Shown: positions 17,703-26,778, counted from the stretch's first letter. The stretch is DNA of 32,000 nt from Crocosphaera subtropica ATCC 51142 (GCF_000017845.1 NC_010546.1:3810001-3842000), one strand, 5' to 3'. Made by a program: numbers and translations. The notes: a model not told the origin generated them from the letters alone.

Positions 17703-19427
17703 TTAATTATTCATTAATAATGATTTTGTTTCAGATTCTCCTGCTTTTTGTAAATGTTTGCTCATTTCATAACTACCTAAAGCGATGAGTCCCCATTGAC
17801 TTAAAAGAGGAAAGATAACTGACATGAGGGTTAATGTTTCTAGATGATGATTAAATGCAGCCAGACTAAAAATAGTAAATAGCCAAGGGGTTGCAATTTC
17901 ATGGGGAGTCAGTTGTAATATAGCAAAGACAACTGGAGGAACTACCACTAAAACACCAAGAATTACAGTAGCAATTAAAGTAGGTTTCGGTAGTTTAAAT
18001 AAAAGAATTCTCTGACTCAGTAGAGCATAAATAATTAAGATATTCAGGCTAACAAAGAATCCTATTAAAATACTGAAGGAATTGTCTAGGGGTGCTATCA
18101 ACACTGTGGGAATAAGATAGGCAAAGATAATGCCTAAATTGAGAGCAATTGTTAGGGTTGAAGGGCTTTTTTCTCCTAACATTAAATCCCGTAAAAGAGA
18201 ACGGCAATTTTCAGGGGTTTGGTGACGATATCTTGCCCAATCATATAGGGTTTGACGATGAGGACTTAATGCAATCATTAATAAACAAGCAAAGGTAATC
18301 ATAAACATTTGTAAGACAATAAAATTGTCAAAAATATGATATTCAAACCTTCCACGGCGGCCTGATTGAAAGACAAATCCTGTGGCGAGAATAATAAAAC
18401 TGGCGGAAATTCCATAACTATTGAGTTTGCTTATCCAAGTGGCGTTAGGATTACGAAAAGGGCGGTTTAATGCTTGTTGTATCCAATAAGTCCAAAGGCA
18501 ATAATTAGCTAAAATAAAGCTAATTCCTAAGAAAGAATTTTGCCAAAATTGTTTACCATACCAAGCAAATTGATGTAGGGTTTCGTAGTCAAGTTCGGCG
18601 GTTTTAACAGGAATGTAAGTAGACTCAACTAGGTAGGCTAAAATTGTTCCTGGATAAAATAAAATCAACCAATCTAAGGGAGTATGAGAAATAAAATCAT
18701 GGGAAGATAAGACAACACTTGTGGTCATAAAAAGAAACATTAAAACCAGTCCACTTCCCAGAAAAGATTGAAATCCTCCTAACTTTGAACTCACCAAAGC
18801 AAAGAATAGAGAAAGACTGTAGAAAAAGCCACAACTGATTATAATTCCTGCATAATAGGCAAGCATTAAACTAGGAGAAATATGTGCTTGAAATCCAGCG
18901 ATTAGATGTAAGGGGAAAAGAAGCAAACACAGAAAATAGATAATAGAAGGAACCCCTAACATTTTTCCTAATAAAATATTATTAGAAGAACGTGGGGTTA
19001 ACCGAATAAAGTTTAATGTACCCTTATTTTCTTCTTTGGATAAATCTGTAATCAGTAAATAAGTGCCTGAGACTAATAAAATAAATAAACCAGTAACACT
19101 GAGAACTTTGAAGATATCTAACCACCAAAGTTGCCAATTAATGACCCAATTTCCCACTAAATCTTTAATGCAATATAATTGATTGTAAGGAGCATAGGAA
19201 TTCTCTGGGGGTGTGGCAGTACAGTAGCGACTATATTGAAATGGAGGGGTATCTATGGTATTCGGATCGATAGGAAGTTGTCCACTGAAACTTAATAGTA
19301 ATAAACTTTGAATACTAATAGCAATAATGGCAGCAATGGATAAATTACGAAGTTTAAAACGTCCTTTTAATTCTCGTAATAATTGAGGATTCCAGTCCCC
19401 GAATTTATCAATATAGGTCAACAGCAT
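17703..19427 (-). CDS. polytopic membrane protein, putative ABC-exporter permease partner
   Basis: The 574-aa ORF is very hydrophobic, with at least ten TM-like segments by eye. Its N-terminal cytoplasmic motif is NPQLLRELKGRFKLRN. It lies 43 nt downstream of the ABC ATPase on the same strand. Confidence 0.7.
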   Translation of the reverse strand: MLLTYIDKFGDWNPQLLRELKGRFKLRNLSIAAIIAISIQSLLLLSFSGQLPIDPNTIDTPPFQYSRYCTATPPENSYAPYNQLYCIKDLVGNWVINWQLWWLDIFKVLSVTGLFILLVSGTYLLITDLSKEENKGTLNFIRLTPRSSNNILLGKMLGVPSIIYFLCLLLFPLHLIAGFQAHISPSLMLAYYAGIIISCGFFYSLSLFFALVSSKLGGFQSFLGSGLVLMFLFMTTSVVLSSHDFISHTPLDWLILFYPGTILAYLVESTYIPVKTAELDYETLHQFAWYGKQFWQNSFLGISFILANYCLWTYWIQQALNRPFRNPNATWISKLNSYGISASFIILATGFVFQSGRRGRFEYHIFDNFIVLQMFMITFACLLMIALSPHRQTLYDWARYRHQTPENCRSLLRDLMLGEKSPSTLTIALNLGIIFAYLIPTVLIAPLDNSFSILIGFFVSLNILIIYALLSQRILLFKLPKPTLIATVILGVLVVVPPVVFAILQLTPHEIATPWLFTIFSLAAFNHHLETLTLMSVIFPLLSQWGLIALGSYEMSKHLQKAGESETKSLLMNN

Positions 19428-19470
19428 TGACTTATTCCTCCTAGATTTTTGTGTGAGTTAGTAACACCAA

Positions 19471-20424
19471 TTATGATGCTTGTTTGTGATCTAATTTTAG
19501 AAAAATAGATTCTAAATCTTCTTGAGTACAGTGAAATTCAGCGATAGGAATACCTCGATGAATTAAATATTTTAATAATTCGGCACTTTCTTCGTCTCCT
19601 CCTGAAAAGTTCACTCGTAAACTATTTTGATGAGAAATAATTTCCCATTCTTCTACTTGAGAGAAGCCTTTTAATTCTTGTTGTAATTGGGTTAAATCTC
19701 CCAAGGTTTTGATAATGATTTGTTGGTGGGATAACCGTTCATATAGATCTTTTAATGAGGTACTTTCTACTAACGATCCCAGTTCCATAATACCAACAGA
19801 AGTACATAATTCGGCTAAATCACTTAATACATGGGAAGAGATTAAAACCGTCATTCCCACACTTTGCAAGATTTTTATGACTTCCCTAAACTGCATTCTA
19901 GCAATGGGATCTAATCCAGAAACCGGTTCGTCTAATAATAATAAAAGGGGATCGTGTAAGATAGTTCTAGCTAAACTCAATCGTTGTTTCATTCCCCGTG
20001 AAAGGGTTTTAATATTGCTATCTTTTTTACTGGTTAATTGGACTAATTCTAAAACTTCTTGAATGCGACGACGACGATGGGGTAATTTGACGTGATACAG
20101 TCTAGCAAAATAATCTAAATAATCCCAAACATTGAGGTCTTCATATAAAGGGAAATCATCGGGAAGATAGCCTAATTTTTGTTTAAGACGAGGGTGACTA
20201 TTATCCGTTAATAAGCGATCGCCATAAATATGAATTTCCCCTGTGGTGGGTTCTTCAACAGCGGCCAACATTCGCATCAAGGTGGTTTTCCCTGCACCAT
20301 TAGGACCAATTAAGCCGTACACTTCTCCAGGTTGTACCTCCAATTCTAGCTTATTGACCGCAACATGGCGTTCAAATTGCTTAGTCAGGTTAAAGGTGGC
20401 GATCGCTAATTCTGAGACTATCAT
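19471..20424 (-). CDS. ABC transporter ATP-binding protein
   Basis: Walker A (GPNGAGKTT), ABC signature (LSRGMKQRLSLA), Walker B (LLLLDEP) and an H-loop (ISSHVL) are present. The ~100-aa C-terminal extension is typical of ABC-2/CcmA-type ATPases. Confidence 0.93.
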   Translation of the reverse strand: MIVSELAIATFNLTKQFERHVAVNKLELEVQPGEVYGLIGPNGAGKTTLMRMLAAVEEPTTGEIHIYGDRLLTDNSHPRLKQKLGYLPDDFPLYEDLNVWDYLDYFARLYHVKLPHRRRRIQEVLELVQLTSKKDSNIKTLSRGMKQRLSLARTILHDPLLLLLDEPVSGLDPIARMQFREVIKILQSVGMTVLISSHVLSDLAELCTSVGIMELGSLVESTSLKDLYERLSHQQIIIKTLGDLTQLQQELKGFSQVEEWEIISHQNSLRVNFSGGDEESAELLKYLIHRGIPIAEFHCTQEDLESIFLKLDHKQAS

Positions 20425-20473
20425 AATTCCATAATTTAGTAATTCAGTTATCAGTGAACAGTTATTTAAGTTA

Positions 20474-20504
20474 AACTCCGAACCCCGAACTCCTAACTCC
20501 TAAC
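20474..20504. repeat. tandem heptamer repeat, about 4.4 units (AACTCCG AACCCCG AACTCCT AACTCCT AAC)
   Basis: Read directly from the divergent spacer between the ABC ATPase and cbiX. It belongs to the same unit family as 13369..13403. Confidence 0.85.
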
Positions 20505-20536
20505 ACAATAGTTAGCTTAGCCTTTGGTTGGGAAAA

Positions 20537-21406
20537 ATGACCATGATGAGGATGACAGTAAAAAAATTGCCTTATGATAAAAACAAACCGAATTCTTTAA
20601 GATATACCTTGACTTTAACATCAGCTTATCTCCTAGTTTCCCACGGAAGTCGTGATCCACAGCCACAAATTGCTTTAGAACGCTTATCTTATTTGGTAGA
20701 AGAACAACTACAATGTTATACCGAAAAAAAAATAAATCCCGATAAAAACAGCGATTGTGCAGTATTATCTCCTCTAACAATGGTACAAATAGCATCCTTA
20801 GAATTATCTGAAGTCTCCTTATCCCAGAAAATTCAAGAATTTGCGACTAAATTAGAAGCAGTAGGCATTAATACTCTAAAAGTTGTTCCATTATTTCTCT
20901 TACCAGGGTTTCACGTTAAAGAAGATATCCCTAGAGAAATCGCTACAGCCCAAGAAAAAATAGGTCATAAAATCAATATAGAATGCTGTCCCTATTTGGG
21001 GAGTTATAAAGGGTTAATTAAGATTATCGCCCGTCAGTTCTCAACTCATCCCCAAGACGCTAGAATTATTATCTCTCATGGAAGTCGTCGTCACGGGGGA
21101 AATGATTCCGTTGAAGCGATCGCTTGTCAATTAAACGCTAAAATTGCTTATTGGAGTATAGAACCCAGTTTATCAGACCAAGTTCACAGTCTAGTACAAC
21201 AGGGGAAAAAACACATTACTATTGTGCCTTATTTTCTGTTCACAGGAGGCATTATTACGGTTATTAGGGAACAGGTTCACCAATTACAAAATAGTTTACC
21301 CCAGACTCAACTTAACCTAAGACAACCATTAGGGGCAACCCCAGAACTGGCTAAGTTGATGGTTAGTGAATGGATAAGTTCGGGGTTCGGAGTTCAGAGA
21401 AATTGA
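20537..21406 (+). CDS. cbiX: sirohydrochlorin chelatase CbiX (two tandem CbiX domains)
   Basis: Two repeats of the CbiX signature are present (LLVSHGSRDPQ and IIISHGSRRHGG), each followed by VPLFLLPG or VPYFLFTGG. The track ORF begins at TTG 20528; the first ATG is 20537, and 20543..20552 hold further ATGs. Confidence 0.85.
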   Translation: MTMMRMTVKKLPYDKNKPNSLRYTLTLTSAYLLVSHGSRDPQPQIALERLSYLVEEQLQCYTEKKINPDKNSDCAVLSPLTMVQIASLELSEVSLSQKIQEFATKLEAVGINTLKVVPLFLLPGFHVKEDIPREIATAQEKIGHKINIECCPYLGSYKGLIKIIARQFSTHPQDARIIISHGSRRHGGNDSVEAIACQLNAKIAYWSIEPSLSDQVHSLVQQGKKHITIVPYFLFTGGIITVIREQVHQLQNSLPQTQLNLRQPLGATPELAKLMVSEWISSGFGVQRN

Positions 21407-21439
21407 AACGTTTAATCTTCTTATGATGGTGTTGTTTAT

Positions 21440-22243
21440 ATGCTTAGAGGAAAAAATAAACTAATGTCACAAAATACCAGCGAAACTTGTTTAGGAAAAG
21501 TCTATTTAGTCGGCGCAGGACCAGGCGATCCAGGGTTAATGACCTTAAAAGGGAAAACATTGCTTGAACACGCTGATGTAGTGGTTTATGACGCGCTGGT
21601 AAGCCCTCCAATCCTCGATATGATCGGAGAGAAAGCCATAAAAATCGATGCAGGAAAACGTCGAGGCCGTCACTCTAAGTTACAAGCAGAAACCACTCAA
21701 ATTTTAATCGAGAAAGCGCGACAATACCCTGTGGTGGTTCGTCTCAAAGGGGGTGATCCCTTCGTTTTTGGCCGAGGAGGAGAAGAGATGGAAGACTTAG
21801 TGAATGCAGGCATTCCCGTGGAAGTAGTTCCTGGAATTACTTCCGGCATTGCGGCCCCTGCTTATGCAGGTATTCCCGTGACGCATCGCGGTTATAGTTC
21901 TTCGGTGACGTTTGTAACAGGCCACGAAGCAGTGGGAAAATATCGGCCTGACATTAATTGGACTGCGATCGCACAAGGTTCGGAAACCATTGTTATTTAT
22001 ATGGGGGTTCATAACCTCAATAATATTGTTACCGAATTGCAAAAAGGTGGGTTAACGTCTGACACTCCCATCGCTTTAATTCGTTGGGGAACTCGACCCG
22101 AACAAGAACAGTTAATAGGGACCTTAGAAACGATGATGCAACAAGTCGAAACAGCGAATTTTGAAGCCCCTGCGATCGCTATTATTGGTAAAGTCGTTGA
22201 GTTACAAGAGATTTTGAATTTACAACAAAGGATCAACCCCTAA
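21440..22243 (+). CDS. cobA: uroporphyrinogen-III C-methyltransferase
   Basis: VYLVGAGPGDPGLMTLKG, VVRLKGGDPFVFGRGGEE and VVPGITS are canonical SUMT/CobA motifs. An alternative start is at 21464 (MSQNTSE). Confidence 0.93.
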   Translation: MLRGKNKLMSQNTSETCLGKVYLVGAGPGDPGLMTLKGKTLLEHADVVVYDALVSPPILDMIGEKAIKIDAGKRRGRHSKLQAETTQILIEKARQYPVVVRLKGGDPFVFGRGGEEMEDLVNAGIPVEVVPGITSGIAAPAYAGIPVTHRGYSSSVTFVTGHEAVGKYRPDINWTAIAQGSETIVIYMGVHNLNNIVTELQKGGLTSDTPIALIRWGTRPEQEQLIGTLETMMQQVETANFEAPAIAIIGKVVELQEILNLQQRINP

Positions 22244-22921
22244 ACTTCTTAATTTTTCTTCTAACTTTTTAGCCTTTTCTTCTGCTTGTAAAGCTCTTTT
22301 TTCCGCGTGCAAAGCCCTTTCTTCGGGGGTGAAATATCGTTTACCTTCTTGATCGTACCAATATAACCATTCTCTTTCAACTCCTTGATAAACGCCGATT
22401 TCTCTACCCATACCTAACCCTATTTCTGATAACCAAACGGGTTCCCCTTCTAATAATTCGTATTGTTGATTATTCAATTGATACACTTCTAAACGGGGTT
22501 TTCTCTTTCGTAAAGGGTTATAAATCACATAATATAAAATCCCCATAGTTGCATAATCTTCTTTTTTTTGGGTATATTCTCCTCGTCGGGTTTGAGAAAC
22601 GACTTCTAAGACCATTTTAGGGATAACTTGTTCATCCCATAATACATAAGATAAGCGTAAATCTGAATCAATAATTCGGGGAACCCCAATACTTAAAAAA
22701 CCATCAGGGACAATAACATCAGTGGGTTGTTGAGGGTTATAATAGATACCCATATCCACCCCAAAGTACCAGTCCATTCTATCTGACCAAATAATGGCGA
22801 GGATAGCCTCTAAAAGTCCAGGAATTAAGTGTTGTAATTGATTATCCACGGGTGTATCATCAGAGTCTGGTAACTCTTCAGCAGAAGGTAAACAATGACG
22901 CGGATTATAGTTTAATAACAT
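22220..22921 (-). CDS. Uma2-family (DUF820) PD-(D/E)xK endonuclease
   Basis: The layout is typical of cyanobacterial Uma2 proteins: ELPDSDDTPVDN at the N-terminus and a VIVPDGFL...LEVVSQTRRGEY..K nuclease core. It ends in a coiled-coil tail (ERALHAEKRALQAEEKAKKLEEKL). The 3' end overlaps cobA by 24 nt. Confidence 0.8.
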   Translation of the reverse strand: MLLNYNPRHCLPSAEELPDSDDTPVDNQLQHLIPGLLEAILAIIWSDRMDWYFGVDMGIYYNPQQPTDVIVPDGFLSIGVPRIIDSDLRLSYVLWDEQVIPKMVLEVVSQTRRGEYTQKKEDYATMGILYYVIYNPLRKRKPRLEVYQLNNQQYELLEGEPVWLSEIGLGMGREIGVYQGVEREWLYWYDQEGKRYFTPEERALHAEKRALQAEEKAKKLEEKLRSLGVDPLL

Positions 22922-22996
22922 TTAATTAATGTAGTCTAAACTTCTTTAGAATGACAAAAAAGGTGGGTTGTACCCACCTAAACAATCGAAAAAGTT

Positions 22997-23956
22997 TTAA
23001 GCTTCTTCTTCGTAATATTCCGCTTGTTTTTGTTTTTGAGGAATATTCACAGGACGGGGATTATAGGGTTCGGGTTCAATATCATCATCCCAAACATCCC
23101 CTTGAACCTCATCATATTCATATTCCTTTTCTCGAAGGGGAGGTTCATAGGCTACTGGTTCTTCCCGTCTGCTTTCTCCCCAGTTATCTTCTTCGTACTC
23201 ATCCTCATATTCATCGTAACGAATCGATTCGGCTTGTCGTCTGGGGGGAGGAGGGGTAATGGGTTGTTCCCAGGTATCTTCATCCCAACGTTCTTCCATA
23301 ACCGGTTGTTTGGCTTGTACAGGCGTTCTGACGGGGATACCAGTTCCTAATTGATTTTCAGGTCTGGCGGTTGGGGGAGAATAGATATAGTCTTCGTCTT
23401 CTTTTTCCCAAGGAGGACGACCAATCCCTAATCGTTCTAAAACACCTACCGTTAACTGGGTTAGGCGTTCTTCGGCCCCTTCAAAAACAATGAGACGGTT
23501 AGGACCACTGCTAACGACTTCCTCCATAGAAATTTCATAGGTACTGAGAACTTGATCAGGAATTTGGGGATAACCCAAAGAAGCAATAATAATGGATAAG
23601 ACTTGACCGGTTGCTAGATCAAATTGAAAGTCTCTGACACGGCCTAAGGGTTCTCCTGCTTCTGTGATCACTTCAGAATTAATAATAGGAGAGTAGAGAT
23701 CAACGTCAACGATTTCAAGGGCATCTTCGTTGTCTACTAAAATGACATCACCTATCTGACGAATACTGGTAATGTACATATATTGGGGCATACCAGACAA
23801 GGAAAGCATATTGTCCCGCAGTCCCAGGGCAACAACTTCCCGTTGATCGATATCGACTAAAATTTCTTTAACAACCCCTAATTTTTTACCCCCTTCACGG
23901 GTGATTACTTGTGTATTAATAAATTCGTTACGTAGTCGGATGTTATCTGTGGTCAT
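22997..23956 (-). CDS. PRC-barrel domain protein with an acidic Tyr/Glu/Asp-rich C-terminal tail
   Basis: Two PRC-barrel-like repeats are present (VITREGGKKLGVVKEILVDIDQREVVALGL and VITEAGEPLGRVRDFQFDLATGQVLSIII). The C-terminal ~130 aa are low complexity (YDEYEDEYEEDNWGE..., EYEYDEVQGDVWDDD...). Confidence 0.8.
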   Translation of the reverse strand: MTTDNIRLRNEFINTQVITREGGKKLGVVKEILVDIDQREVVALGLRDNMLSLSGMPQYMYITSIRQIGDVILVDNEDALEIVDVDLYSPIINSEVITEAGEPLGRVRDFQFDLATGQVLSIIIASLGYPQIPDQVLSTYEISMEEVVSSGPNRLIVFEGAEERLTQLTVGVLERLGIGRPPWEKEDEDYIYSPPTARPENQLGTGIPVRTPVQAKQPVMEERWDEDTWEQPITPPPPRRQAESIRYDEYEDEYEEDNWGESRREEPVAYEPPLREKEYEYDEVQGDVWDDDIEPEPYNPRPVNIPQKQKQAEYYEEEA

Positions 23957-24194
23957 TGTGTCTTAGGTTAGATTTTGGCTTTCTAGCAATAGAAAAATTA
24001 AATAACAGGTGATTTGGTCTGATTATCAAGCTTAGTCTATAATGATAGCTTAATCTCAGTTACCAAAGGGTTTAGTCATTAATTTTACGGAGTTTAATCA
24101 TATTGGAGTTTTCTAGGAGTCGCTCTTAGACTTTACAATGACTTTCGAGTAACTCCTATGTTCCATTCTAACTAATCCGTTGACATTTGCCGAA

Positions 24195-24238
24195 ATCAGT
24201 GATCAGTGATCAGTTTTTTAAGTAGCTATCAGCTATCA
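24195..24238. repeat. two adjacent heptamer arrays: ATCAGTG x about 2.9 (24195..24214) and AGCTATC x about 2.1 (24224..24238)
   Basis: Read directly from the spacer between usp and the PRC-barrel gene. Confidence 0.8.
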
Positions 24239-24330
24239 ACCTAAAAATTTTCGTTTCATTTAGATACCTGAAACCTTGGGTCTACATCCCTGACTTTTAT
24301 ACAGGAGGGGTTTAAATCCCCTTTTGAAAA

Positions 24331-24353
24331 GCTGACTGCTGACTGCTGACTGC
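24331..24353. repeat. tandem heptamer repeat GCTGACT x 3.3
   Basis: GCTGACTGCTGACTGCTGACTGC ends 4 nt from the usp stop codon (24358..24360) and is followed by TTTTTT on the plus strand. Confidence 0.85.
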
Positions 24354-24357
24354 TTTT

Positions 24358-24906
24358 TTAATGTTGCACGACCAAAATAGAACAAGGTGCATGGTGAACG
24401 ACATAATTACTCACACTACCTAATAATAGTTCTGATATGCCACGACGACCCCGACGACCTACTACAATTAAGTCAGCTTCCCATGTTTTGGCTAAGGTAC
24501 AGATTTGTTTCCCTGGTTCTCCATAAGTATAGTCTGACTCTGCTTTCACCCCTTGATTAATTGCTTTTTGGGTTAATCGTTTGAGCCAGATTTGCAGTTC
24601 TTCTAAGCTTTCTTGGATTAATTTTTCTTCTAACTCTATCATTTCTTGATTATAAATGGCCCCATATCCTGTCATTTCTGAGTAAATGGGTAAATCCATT
24701 GTTCCACCAAAACTTTCCTGAATAACCGTTAAAATCATCAACTGGCTACCCTGGGCTTTTGCTAATTGTAACGCAGTATCAAAAACCTCTTTGCTGTTAT
24801 CTCCTTCTTCTATCGCAACTAAAATTTTTCCATACTCACAAGTAACTGTCTCAGATTTTACAGCTACTGGATCAAGGACTTCTCGACTTTTAACTCGGTG
24901 CGTCAT
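24358..24906 (-). CDS. universal stress protein (UspA family)
   Basis: KILVAIEEGDNS at the N-terminal strand and the C-terminal ATP-binding block DLIVVGRRGRRGISELLLGSVSNYVVHHAPCSILVV are the Usp signature. Confidence 0.9.
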   Translation of the reverse strand: MTHRVKSREVLDPVAVKSETVTCEYGKILVAIEEGDNSKEVFDTALQLAKAQGSQLMILTVIQESFGGTMDLPIYSEMTGYGAIYNQEMIELEEKLIQESLEELQIWLKRLTQKAINQGVKAESDYTYGEPGKQICTLAKTWEADLIVVGRRGRRGISELLLGSVSNYVVHHAPCSILVVQH

Positions 24907-25076
24907 AGTCCCCCCGTTTTTTATGAATCTACCTTGTACTTTTACCTTGACATATTTTTCTTAATGTGTATCAATTTTGATAGAAAAGTTAATATATTAA
25001 GCCTCTAGAGAAGGGAAAATTAATTTAGCTAAACTGTTGAAGTTTACCCAAAACAAGTATTAAAAAGTTAAATTTA

Positions 25077-25343
25077 ATGATTATGGCTCAATCTTCTATT
25101 ACTGTTACCATTAAGCTATTTGCTATTTATCAAGAAGTTTATGGCGTACCAGAATTAACAAGAAAGTTTACTCCAGAAACAACTGTTAATGACGTTTTAG
25201 TGGGAATTATTCAAGAACATCCTGAATTAGAAAAATGGAAAAAGATAACTCGTTTTTCGGTTAATTTTCAATTTGTTGAAGCTGATAGAAAATTAAAGGA
25301 GGGGGATGAGTTGGTTTTCATTCCTCCTGTTAGTGGAGGTTAA
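25077..25343 (+). CDS. moaD: MoaD/ThiS-family sulfur-carrier (beta-grasp) protein
   Basis: The 88-aa ORF ends in ...GDELVFIPPVSGG*. The C-terminal Gly-Gly and the E(L/V)xxxPPxxGG pattern are diagnostic of MoaD-like carriers. An alternative start is at 25083. Confidence 0.8.
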   Translation: MIMAQSSITVTIKLFAIYQEVYGVPELTRKFTPETTVNDVLVGIIQEHPELEKWKKITRFSVNFQFVEADRKLKEGDELVFIPPVSGG

Positions 25344-25470
25344 AGAAGAGAACAGCCGTTGTTACCTTGGTCAAGTACAAATTTTTGAGGTCTTTGAAAT
25401 ACTTCGATCAGTACAGTAAGAGGGCAATCCACAATGATAAAATACAGTGACCGTGTTCAACTGGATACTT

Positions 25471-26778
25471 ATGACCTCTGCGATCGCCTCACAATTAGAA
25501 TCATTATTAGACTCTCCTGATCTAATTCCTTGGGAAAATGTGGATATAGCGTGGAAAGATCGCTTACAAAGAACAGTTGCGAATCTTTCTTTTCCTCACT
25601 ATTTGATCATTCCCCCTAATATTGAAACCCTAACGGATATTGTTACATTAGCTGGCAAACATAAATGGTCAATGGTTCCCTGTGGAAATGGAAGTAAGTT
25701 ACATTGGGGTGGTTTGCTATCTGATGCTAATGTGATCATTAGTACCCAAAAGCTGAATCAAGTAATTGATTATGCAGTGAATGACTTAACGATCACTGTG
25801 GAAGCAGGCATAAAATTAAAAGAGTTACAAGCTATTTTAGAACCCCATCATCAATTTTTACCCATTGACCCTGCCTACCCGGAGGATGCGACTATCGGAG
25901 GTATTATGGCCACAGCAGACACAGGATCGTGGCGACAACGTTACGGAGGAATACGGGATCTGGTGTTAGGACTGTCTTTCGTGCGATGGGATGGAAAAAT
26001 TGCGAAAGCAGGGGGAAAAGTGGTTAAAAATGTGGCAGGATATGACTTAATGAAGTTATTGACAGGATCTTACGGCACATTAGGCATTATTTCTACTGTT
26101 ACCTTCCGATTGTATCCTATCCCCCAAGCATCAGGAACTCTAGTAATGACGGGGGCAGCCGAAGATATCAACACAATGGCAAAAACCTTGTTACAATCAG
26201 GATTACAACCCACAGCTGCTGAAATGGTTTCCCCGTCTGTGGTGAAAAGTTTAGAGTTAGGGGAAGACATGGGCGTAATTGTGCGCTTTCAAAGCATACC
26301 AGAAAGTGTTGATGAACAAACTAAACAGGTACAGGCGATCGCTGAAAAATTGAACTTAAAAACAGATTTTTATGAAGATAAAATTGAACAAAATCTATGG
26401 AAACGATTACAAGAATTAATTAGAGTTTTTAACACAAACTCGGTAATAACAGGCAAAATAGGAATAATCCCCAATAAAATGATTAACTGGGTAAATAAGT
26501 TAAATGAATTAACACCAGAAAATGGATGGGCAATGATTAATCTTAATACTGGTATTGGACAGTTTAAATTAGACTTAGAACCCAGTTTAGGCATTTTAAA
26601 ACAACTGCGATCGCTGTCTCAAGAAAATAGAGGATTTTTAACGATTTTAGAAGCGAATCAAACCATCAAAAAGCAATTTGAACCTTGGGGATATTATGGT
26701 AGTGCTTTACCTTTAATGAAACAAATTAAAACCAAATTTGATCCCCATACCTTATTTAGTCCTTCCCGTTTTATTTAG
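25471..26778 (+). CDS. glcE: glycolate oxidase FAD-binding subunit GlcE
   Basis: FAD_binding_4-type blocks are present (PCGNGSKLHWGG, ITVEAGIKLKELQ, GGKVVKNVAGYDLMKLLTGSYGTLGII), and it sits directly upstream of glcF. The track ORF starts at GTG 25447; ATG 25471 (MTSAIASQ) is preferred. Confidence 0.85.
   Translation: MTSAIASQLESLLDSPDLIPWENVDIAWKDRLQRTVANLSFPHYLIIPPNIETLTDIVTLAGKHKWSMVPCGNGSKLHWGGLLSDANVIISTQKLNQVIDYAVNDLTITVEAGIKLKELQAILEPHHQFLPIDPAYPEDATIGGIMATADTGSWRQRYGGIRDLVLGLSFVRWDGKIAKAGGKVVKNVAGYDLMKLLTGSYGTLGIISTVTFRLYPIPQASGTLVMTGAAEDINTMAKTLLQSGLQPTAAEMVSPSVVKSLELGEDMGVIVRFQSIPESVDEQTKQVQAIAEKLNLKTDFYEDKIEQNLWKRLQELIRVFNTNSVITGKIGIIPNKMINWVNKLNELTPENGWAMINLNTGIGQFKLDLEPSLGILKQLRSLSQENRGFLTILEANQTIKKQFEPWGYYGSALPLMKQIKTKFDPHTLFSPSRFI

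Noticed and set aside
19709-20434. Plus-strand ORFs 19709..20062 and 20243..20434
   Set aside because: They are antisense to the ABC ATPase, whose Walker and signature motifs fix the real frame.
20425-20536. Cobalamin riboswitch upstream of cbiX-cobA
   Set aside because: The spacer is only about 110 nt and is mostly heptamer repeats. I see no B12-box-like core and too little length for the riboswitch fold.
20517-20795. 92-aa minus-strand ORF
   Set aside because: It is antisense to the cbiX 5' region and translates to an AT-rich, Phe/Leu/Ile-rich sequence with no motif.
21797-22236. Minus-strand ORFs 21797..22042 and 22009..22236
   Set aside because: They are antisense inside cobA, which has canonical SUMT motifs.
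22951-23350. Plus-strand ORFs 22951..23259 and 23024..23350
   Set aside because: They are shadow ORFs generated by the GAA/GAT/TAT-rich acidic tail of the PRC-barrel gene on the other strand.
24195-24353. Possible CRISPR or mini-array
   Set aside because: The units are 7 nt, directly abutting and without spacers. These are simple tandem heptamers, and no cas genes are present.
24907-25076. Moco riboswitch upstream of moaD
   Set aside because: The region is very AT-rich and I could find no extended GC-paired helices. Only an Infernal scan could exclude it formally.
26070-26594. Minus-strand ORFs 26070..26270 and 26370..26594
   Set aside because: They are antisense inside glcE.
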